Source of the DNA: Candidatus Thalassarchaeaceae archaeon | GTDB taxonomy: Archaea > Thermoplasmatota > Poseidoniia > Poseidoniales > Thalassarchaeaceae | Direction: 5' to 3' | Length of the DNA: 20,174 bases | NCBI GenBank assembly: GCA_030747675.1 | Contig: JASLKH010000032.1 | Span: 1 to 20,174 of the forward strand | Part shown: positions 1 through 6,300 of the stretch, one piece after another | Position numbering within the stretch: position 1 is the first letter of the stretch | Layout of the letters: each line of letters opens with the position of its first letter | Made by a program: the position numbers and the translations under genes | Notes under the pieces: model-generated | Databases searched by the model: none | The model's input: only the letters and a program-made list of their open reading frames with translations | Told to the model about the DNA's origin: nothing

Positions 1-681
1 TGCTCGTCTGTTTCCCATTTGTTCTACAACTTCTCGCAAAAACAGAAATGAATTCCTCCAAGGACTAACATCTCTCACGATGTATTCTTGTCCTGGAAGT
101 AGCCATATTGCAAGTGCTATGGCAAAACGCTTTCTTTCAACCCCTGACGAATACACCGAGGATATCAAATATGCAATTTTATTTCTGATAACCCGCTTAT
201 TAGGGATCCAAGGAACAAAAAGTGATTTGAGTTTCTCAATAGAATCTTCAATGACTTCCATTGGAAGTGACATAAATACATCATCATTCTTGCTAGGATC
301 AATTAAAGCGTCTAAACAACGCATCCAAGAACCCTCGTTTGTTGGACCTCCATATGATATTCCATCAGGAAAACGATGTCGCGGATGGCCATGCATCTCT
401 CGATAATACAATGCTCTTCGAACTGCACCAGGAAACCCCTCACGATCTCCATTTTCATCAAGGTCAAGGAGCAAGCCTTCAAGCCGTTTTCTTACATCCT
501 CAACTTGTTCTGGCCCAGAGAATTTCATAACTTCTCTCAGTGCAGTAAATTTCCGAGTTCGCAGCACACTTTTCTTGACCCAAGGGAAACACGCCAAGCA
601 GAAATTTCCTTGCACCATCCTGTGCTTATGAATAGCTGTAGAATATCCACAACTTGTGCAATTTCCTTGAATTTCTTCCAT
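1..681 (-). CDS. Hypothetical protein with N-terminal Cys4 zinc finger; 3'-truncated by window edge; paralog of 861-2186
   Basis: Not in the ORF track. Hand translation from ATG at 681 gives 227 stop-free codons to base 1: MEEIQGNCTSCGYSTAIHKHRMVQGNFCLACFPWVKKSVLRT...PWRNSFLFLREVVEQMGNRRA. It shares the CxxC...CxxCxPWV start, GGxTN and W-x-x-SF-x-x-x-RE-x-VE-x-M with the 441-aa neighbour. Confidence 0.85.
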   Translation of the reverse strand, partial: MEEIQGNCTSCGYSTAIHKHRMVQGNFCLACFPWVKKSVLRTRKFTALREVMKFSGPEQVEDVRKRLEGLLLDLDENGDREGFPGAVRRALYYREMHGHPRHRFPDGISYGGPTNEGSWMRCLDALIDPSKNDDVFMSLPMEVIEDSIEKLKSLFVPWIPNKRVIRNKIAYLISSVYSSGVERKRFAIALAIWLLPGQEYIVRDVSPWRNSFLFLREVVEQMGNRRA

Positions 682-750
682 ATATCGTCCCTTTTCTTTT
701 ACTTAAATTCATGTTTAGATAAATGGTGGAGAGGCGAAAACAAACCTTGT

Positions 751-860
751 TATCGCGCGGCTATTCATTAGCGATATCTGACCTATTTGAAGCCACGTAT
801 TGTTGCCTCAAATCTTCCTTCAAATTATCGGCCAATACGACCTTGTATTAAGGTCGGATT
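751..860 (-). other. Structured intergenic region: three inverted repeats, two with the same 5-nt loop
   Basis: CGACCTT/AAGGTCG (838-844/850-856, loop 845-849), TGAAGCCAC/GTTGCCTCA (788-796/802-810, imperfect, loop 797-801) and TATCGC/GCGATA (751-756/771-776). The first two loops both read AAUAC on the minus strand. No U-tract follows, so it is not called a terminator. Confidence 0.5.
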
Positions 861-2186
861 CTATTCCTCTTCATCAAAGAACATAGCATCATATTCCTCA
901 CGCCTTCTCAGCCTTCGGAGACTTCGATCACGCAGACGTTGCCTCCACCTTGTTCTATCTCCAGGCCTATCACGACTTTGATATTTCAATGGTAATTCAC
1001 GGAACAGTGGGACAATTGATTCTGCCGATTTTAAATCATCTCGCAGTGCTAATATTAGAGCAGCCACAATATCCCCCATCACCACTTCAAATTGCCCACC
1101 CTCTTGGTTTTCATCAACGTGTATGCAAATTGGTTTTGTCATTTCATTACCAACTCTCGCCACCTTTCTAACTTCAAAGTGATCACCAGAGCGTACAGCA
1201 AGTGCATACCTAGGCCCAGTTGCACACGCTTCTTCCGGCCCAATTCGATACAAATTCCCACTTTCCCCATCCACATAGAGACCATCCGCACCAATTGTCA
1301 CGTAACTTGCCATTTCTTCGACAAGTTCACGCACCCATTGGAATGATTTTGCCCATGCACTGCGCGAACATGTTAGGAATTCTCTTTCCACGTGACTAGA
1401 CCAAAGAAGAATAGCCATACGACAACGATCTGCCACAATTTCACCTAACGCACCATTTGCCATTCTCGAAAATGTCTCTCGAATAATTGGTGTAATTGGT
1501 TCAGTCGCAGCCGTTATAGTGTCTATCATCGACATCCAAGGCTCTCGCCAGTAAATGTAGGCAAGCTCCTCAATCGGTCGTTGCTCTAGACCATGAAACC
1601 TGTCAAATAATAAATCCGCAAGCATATCCGTTCTTTGACAATGTAAGTCAAAAGCAGTTGAACCAAATAGCACAGTATCAAGCCCATCATTAATCCATAT
1701 TTGCCCTCGCTTGTCAACAGTCACTAGATGTCCAGCAACATGACATTGTTCATCAATTAGTTTCAATTGAGTACGTATGGAAGATACAGAAAGAAGATGT
1801 GAATTTGTTCGCGTAGAACGTTCTCTAGCCTCAACAGACCATCGAACTTTGGCTATTACATCTTCTGCACTACCTTCTAATGCCCACCCAATGAAATCCA
1901 CCCATCCTCTTTCTGAAAAAGGAGATGGGGTATTTGTTGCTCCACCTAAAACATGCCAATCCTCATTCTGCTCCGAATTTAGTGCTTGCATGTCTCTATG
2001 TACATTATCAAAATCTGTAGTTCGATCATTAAATGAACGACCCCAAGAAGGAATGCCCGCAGTTCGAGATAATGAAGCATCCACCCAGGGATTACAAATG
2101 TCACATAAAGTTAGATTGGTATTTGGGCGTTTAGCAGCTACTGGATAATGACAACTCTGGCACGTATTAATTTCTACATCGCTCAT
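861..2186 (-). CDS. Hypothetical protein, 441 aa, N-terminal Cys4 zinc finger and Arg-rich/acidic C-terminal tail
   Basis: Long ORF with AGGTGA RBS upstream of the ATG. CQSC-x16-CDIC at the N-terminus; C-terminal block LYVDGESGNLYRI...ICIHVD...GDIVAALILALRDD. Family not recognised. Confidence 0.9.
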   Translation of the reverse strand: MSDVEINTCQSCHYPVAAKRPNTNLTLCDICNPWVDASLSRTAGIPSWGRSFNDRTTDFDNVHRDMQALNSEQNEDWHVLGGATNTPSPFSERGWVDFIGWALEGSAEDVIAKVRWSVEARERSTRTNSHLLSVSSIRTQLKLIDEQCHVAGHLVTVDKRGQIWINDGLDTVLFGSTAFDLHCQRTDMLADLLFDRFHGLEQRPIEELAYIYWREPWMSMIDTITAATEPITPIIRETFSRMANGALGEIVADRCRMAILLWSSHVEREFLTCSRSAWAKSFQWVRELVEEMASYVTIGADGLYVDGESGNLYRIGPEEACATGPRYALAVRSGDHFEVRKVARVGNEMTKPICIHVDENQEGGQFEVVMGDIVAALILALRDDLKSAESIVPLFRELPLKYQSRDRPGDRTRWRQRLRDRSLRRLRRREEYDAMFFDEEE

Positions 2187-2194
2187 ACAATCAC

Positions 2195-2521
2195 CTAGTT
2201 ATTGTGCACATCATATTGTGTGTTTCCAAAACTCCAACCTTCTTTCATATCTCTCCACTCATTGTAATTAGCCTTGTTAATTGAGTTGAGATGTTCATAC
2301 GGAGTAACATAATCAGCTGCACCACGTCTTCTACCATCTCTATCATATCCAATTTCAGGAGAATATAGAGTGTGTTTTATTCGAGCAGTATCTACAATAT
2401 TTATTCCAACGGAAAGAATATTTGAAGCATCACCAGCATATTTACAATGATAGTTTGAACAACGAATTTCCAAACTCCAATTTGGATATGATAAAGTCCC
2501 ACATTTTGGGCAAAACATCAT
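2195..2521 (-). CDS. Zinc-ribbon protein, 108 aa, N-terminus resembling the TFS/RpoM (RNA polymerase subunit M-type) ribbon
   Basis: Start moved from 2551 to 2521, where the ATG overlaps the upstream TGA (ATGA) and follows GGAG. Begins MMFCPKCGTLSYPNWSLEIRCSNYHCKY, like the M-x-FCPKCG-x-L start of archaeal TFS. No second ribbon or acidic DE hairpin. Confidence 0.75.
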   Translation of the reverse strand: MMFCPKCGTLSYPNWSLEIRCSNYHCKYAGDASNILSVGINIVDTARIKHTLYSPEIGYDRDGRRRGAADYVTPYEHLNSINKANYNEWRDMKEGWSFGNTQYDVHNN

Positions 2522-2700
2522 TCCCACTCTCCACGAAATTTGTCCGACCAATTTGAATCTTCGTCAAATTTCACATTTCCACCATCGTTGGGAAGAATAC
2601 TTTCAGTCCATTTAATGTCAAGCAATGCCTTTTGAATAGAGACATCAAGCCATTTTTCTATTTTCGTAATTATTTGTTTTATATTTTCATCTTTAGTCAT
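2518..2700 (-). CDS. Small hypothetical protein, 60 aa
   Basis: AAGGTGA RBS just upstream of ATG 2700; stop overlaps the next start codon (translational coupling). Confidence 0.7.
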   Translation of the reverse strand: MTKDENIKQIITKIEKWLDVSIQKALLDIKWTESILPNDGGNVKFDEDSNWSDKFRGEWE

Positions 2701-2717
2701 TTTATCACCTTATTTAG

Positions 2718-2825
2718 GACGGAGGCTTTGCACCTCCACGGACGTCATTCTCGCGAGTACGTCTATACGCGTAATGGCAGATAGCATGGATTATCTATCT
2801 GTATAGTAGCAACTATGCTACCTAT
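2718..2825 (-). ncRNA. Candidate structured RNA or structured 5' leader (five adjacent inverted repeats)
   Basis: GGAGG/CCTCC (2721-2737), GACGT/ACGTC (2741-2763), TACGCGTA palindrome (2766-2773), CAGATAG/CTATCTG (2778-2801), GTAGCA/TGCTAC (2806-2821). No convincing ORF. No RNA family assigned; strand is inferred from flanking genes and G-U extensions of the first stem. Confidence 0.35.
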
Positions 2826-2857
2826 TGGCCAACTCTTCTTCATTCAAAACTTAGCCA

Positions 2858-2941
2858 TTTTTCGGATCAGTCCCCGATCCCAGTTCGAGAGTAGAATTCT
2901 TTTATTCTACAAGCCAGTAATAATTGGAAAACAATTTTTAC
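2858..2941. repeat. Three-hairpin direct repeat, copy 1
   Basis: 2864-2914 matches 3104-3153 with 3 substitutions and one 1-nt indel; 21-nt identical core GGATCAGTCCCCGATCCCAGT. Stems GGATC/GATCC, GTAGAAT/ATTCTAC and GTAA-T-AATTG/CAATT-T-TTAC. Confidence 0.9.
2878..2898 (-). promoter_or_regulatory. Candidate cognate promoter of the single-subunit RNAP, copy 1 (predicted +1 at 2881)
   Basis: Minus strand AATTCTACTCTCGAACT|GGGA, a 17-nt-plus-GGGA layout like T3/T7 promoters. Function is inferred only. Confidence 0.35.
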
Positions 2942-2962
2942 AATACTATTTTGTAGATGAAA

Positions 2963-3085
2963 TCAATCATCATCACAGTAACCATCAATTCCATCCATGT
3001 TCCCCACAGTTAGAATTAATGGTCCAAGAACTGCAATACCGACTCCGATAGCAGCAACCTTGAACAAACCTTTGAAAAAGCCCAT
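2963..3085 (-). CDS. Micro-protein, 40 aa, probable single membrane helix with acidic tail
   Basis: Below the ORF-track cutoff. AAGGTGA RBS then MGFFKGLFKVAAIGVGIAVLGPLILTVGNMDGIDGYCDDD*. Lies exactly between the two repeat copies. Confidence 0.65.
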   Translation of the reverse strand: MGFFKGLFKVAAIGVGIAVLGPLILTVGNMDGIDGYCDDD

Positions 3086-3097
3086 TTTATCACCTTT

Positions 3098-3176
3098 TTT
3101 TTGGGATCAGTCCCCGATCCCAGTCCGAGGGTAGAATTCTTTATCCTACAAGCAGTAGTGAAAACAAACTCACTAC
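3098..3176. repeat. Three-hairpin direct repeat, copy 2
   Basis: Offset 240 bp from copy 1. Stems TGGGATC/GATCCCA (3102-3108/3116-3122), GTAGAAT/ATCCTAC (3131-3137/3143-3149) and perfect GTAGTGA/TCACTAC (3155-3161/3170-3176). Confidence 0.9.
3118..3138 (-). promoter_or_regulatory. Candidate cognate promoter of the single-subunit RNAP, copy 2 (predicted +1 at 3121)
   Basis: Minus strand AATTCTACCCTCGGACT|GGGA versus phage T3 promoter AATTAACCCTCACTAAA|GGGA. Directly upstream of the RBS and ATG of the 40-aa ORF. Function is inferred only. Confidence 0.35.
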
Positions 3177-3211
3177 ATTCCAACTCAATTTTTGATGTGT
3201 TTACAGGATAT

Positions 3212-3331
3212 TCATATTGAACTTCCATGGCAAGGCCAGAAAATTTCAAACACAATATCACTACAAGTTCGACATAGACCATCATAAACAGATAATCCGC
3301 GTCGCCCACATCCTTCATTACATTCAGTCAT
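3212..3331 (-). CDS. Micro-protein, 39 aa, Cys4 zinc finger
   Basis: Below the ORF-track cutoff. GGTGGAG RBS then MTECNEGCGRRGLSVYDGLCRTCSDIVFEIFWPCHGSSI*; C-x3-C-x11-C-x2-C spacing. Confidence 0.55.
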   Translation of the reverse strand: MTECNEGCGRRGLSVYDGLCRTCSDIVFEIFWPCHGSSI

Positions 3332-3345
3332 TTTTTTCAACTCCA

Positions 3346-3371
3346 CCATCCTCTCGAAAACGAGCCGATGG
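3346..3371. other. Stem-loop just downstream of the RNAP stop codon
   Basis: CCATC-ct-CTCG-aaaa-CGAG-cc-GATGG. No U-tract follows on the minus strand, so a processing or stabilising hairpin is as likely as a terminator. Confidence 0.4.
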
Positions 3372-3390
3372 CTCTAGGGGGGAGAATACC

Positions 3391-6300
3391 TTAATCTAGG
3401 AAGAAAATGGAATCCAGTACGTCTTTTAAGTCGAGTCCTCGGCCACCATTGGCGGTGCAAAAATCCTTTCTTAATTTCTTAATTTGCCCCGCAATTTCCT
3501 TCGGTAATTTCAAATTTTCATGTAATTCCTTGAAGGTTTCAAGTGTAATTTTTCGTAGAGTATCAATATCAGCTGCATGGGTTCCAAATGAGTCATGCAC
3601 TGCCCAGAAGTCAAACCCCTTTTGTTCTCCTTCACAATATGTTGACATTTTATTCACAACCATTGCCATATGGGCGCCATCAAGAGAGTGTACATAATTT
3701 GCAGCAATAGATGTCGCTACCTTATTCTTTGGAGAGTTTTTGTCGTAGACCTCAACTCGATCATCTTCCTTAAGTCGAGCAATCAATTCCTCTTTGGAAC
3801 CAGTTTGTAGAATGAGTTTTTTCTTTTTTCTTTTTGAGTTTCTTTGCCTGATAATTTCTTTTAATTCCCTTCGTGACATTTTGCCGTAATAGTCCACCTT
3901 TTCAAGAGGGGGATGACTAATGGTGAAAGTACAATTGATTGTACCTCGAAGATACGCATCTAGATCTTTAGCAAAGTTATGTTCATCACCTTGCTTTATT
4001 AATTCATTTAGATTTTCAATGTATGATACCTCTGAATCCCATTCGATTTGCTTATTCCCGTATTCAGCATTCCATTTTTCTATAACGTGACTTAACCTCC
4101 AACTTCTTTCTCTTGTCGTAGGGTGTGTTTGCCCTTCTTTCAACTTCGATCCAACTAGATAACCCAAATCATCTTCAGTCAAAATTTTTTGATTATTGTG
4201 AAGTCTTTCTTCTTGTTCCCGTCTTTTCTCGAGCCAATAACTATCAACAGCAACAACCTTTTTCTTTCCTCCGACTTCCATTTTGGGGTTCTTTACATTT
4301 GAGAATTTTAATTCGGTTCTTTCAGGGTACCGATTTTTTGTTTTGAAACCAGTGGGAACCTCCCAATTCAATTCGTGATAATCGTTTTCATCAGAACTGA
4401 CTGAGTTTTTCATTGTCTCACGGTATTCATGGTATTCTGGAGCCTCTATTTTGAGTGCCTTTGTAAAAAGTAGAACAATATCTTTGCTAAATCGTATTTG
4501 TTTTCCAGGTGGGACTAATGAATCATCAATGCCCAAAACGTCATAGAAAAACGATGCTTTATGCCACATTTTTCCAATTTTCATCTTCGGTTTCTTGCCT
4601 TTGATTTTCCCATTCTCTTCCCACAATTTCCACTTTTCGTTATATTTTACCCGTTCTTCAGGATTTTCAGGTACCATTCCATTCTTTTTTCCATTATGTG
4701 TTACAAATTGTTCCCATTGATTATGTAATCCTGCCCCATATGCACTTTGCATTACAATGGGTTTGGCTATACTTCTCCCATTTGTGAATATTTTTTCGTA
4801 TATCTTGGATAAATTAGCCTTATTTTTATTGGTAACAAGTTTTGTCAATTTCTTCTTCGTATCTCCATGGTTAGCTAATTTTTCCGCTTGGTTCGCGACG
4901 AGTTGATATAGGTCAGATTTTTGATTTTTATTATCAGTTTTAATCACATTGACTTTACTTGCCAATTCGTATGATCTTAAAAGAGCAGAAATGTGTTGAT
5001 AACCATTCACAGTCGCATCTAGATTGACAGGTTGATTGCTCATTACTTTATCCCAATCACCACCATTCCTGTCAAAATCGTCCCATGCTTTCTTCATGGC
5101 AATTGTGTTTGCTAGTCTTAAGAAAGCCTCATTTTTCTTTCTTGGATCAGACCACCACCCACCTTCTTTTTGAACCGTAACATAAGACATTGGTTTTTCA
5201 GCAATTTTAGAAAGCATATCGCGTTTTTCTTCAGTCCACTTGGCTCTTTTTTCAAACGATTCCCCCTTCATTTCTCCATAAAGGTTGCACACTTGCACTC
5301 GTAGCCAAAAAGCCCCCCTTTCACCTAAAGGCCTGGATTCCCTAAATACAATTGAAGCCTTTTGAAAATCTTCACCTTGTGGACTCAAATTGGGATGGGA
5401 ATACAAACGCCCTCTAAAATCGCATGAGAAAGGATTCCAGAAAACAGAACCATATTCAGAGGGATGATTCTTGTTTTCTTTGTCATAGTGCCAAATTAAT
5501 CTATCTATGGTGTCCAAAGTCATTTTCCAATTACTATATTTTTCCCAGATATTCAGTCTTGAAGCATGGGATGAACATTTTTTAAAATTATCTTTTCGTG
5601 ACTTTCTTTCCCTGCAAGATTCAGTAATACCTGCATTGCATTTAGGATGAGGGCATTTCACGCGTTTTATACAGAATGCAGCCAATCTTTCTTTAATTTC
5701 GGGTCTGAAATCACGATTAAAAACTCTCATTTGCCTGCCATCCGACCTACTTTTTTCAGAATTACCCAAACTAATTGCTTTGATGAAATCTTCATTAATT
5801 TTCCATTGAGTTTTTTGCAAGTTATTGAGTGCTTTACGCACTCCTTCACCAACATCTTCAACACGCTCCCAATCATCTTCTTCAAACCGTCCATGTTTGA
5901 GAACAGTTTTCCTGTGTTGTTTTTGTAAGGGCCCACCATATAATTCGTTCTTACTTTGACTTTTTTGTGCATTCAGCAATGCCTCAACTTTTTGAGGATC
6001 ACCTCTAATTCCACTTAGATTTTCAAAACGGTGTTCAGAAGGCCTGCAATTCATGTATCCCCCGGGGTATGGCTGATAGACCCTTAATGCGGCACTGGGG
6101 TATCGTGCTTTACTTTTCGAGAATTTATTCACACTGTTTTTTTCTTCCTCATTAATTTCTTTAATCATGTCGTCAGTGAAGTAAATTAAACTTCTAACTT
6201 TGTGATGCTGATCATACCATTCATCGGGAATTTTGTCGTCAGCAGAAAAACGATCATCACCATTCCTTTTGTAAAAATCAATGGGGTTTTGCCTTTCTTC

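Noticed and set aside
833-852. T7-promoter-like CAATACGACCTTGTATTAAG on the plus strand
   Set aside because: Only the 8-nt AATACGAC matches contiguously, there is no GGG start, it points antisense, and it is explained by the hairpin.
2713-2731. Minus-strand GCAAAGCCTCCGTCCTAAA closely resembles a segment of the c-di-GMP-I (Vc2) riboswitch as I recall it
   Set aside because: The upstream GAAA-tetraloop P1 arm and the downstream pairing strand are absent, and CCTCC pairs locally with GGAGG. An Rfam scan would settle it.
2763-2858. Minus-strand MAKF*MKKSWPIGSIVATIQIDNPCYLPLRV* after repeat copy 1
   Set aside because: No RBS, in-frame stop at codon 5, and it overlaps the hairpin block; no support for coding.
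2858-2884. Intrinsic terminators at the GGATC/GATCC stems
   Set aside because: The T-run is 5' of the stem on plus and is an A-run 3' of the stem on minus, so neither strand has hairpin-then-U geometry.
2858-3176. CRISPR mini-array (GTAGA/TCTAC stem recalls Cas12a repeats)
   Set aside because: Only two copies, 240-bp period, an ORF between them, stem arms in the opposite order to Cas12a repeats, and no cas genes.
2858-3176. Self-cleaving ribozyme (hammerhead or HDV-like) in the repeat
   Set aside because: No CUGANGA/GAAA core, and the HDV P1-P2-P3 nested pairing could not be built on either strand.
3016-3318. 100-aa ORF from the track
   Set aside because: No RBS; it overlaps out of frame two better-supported micro-ORFs (3212-3331, 2963-3085) and runs through the hairpin repeat. 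Its middle part is kept only as a possible frameshift continuation.
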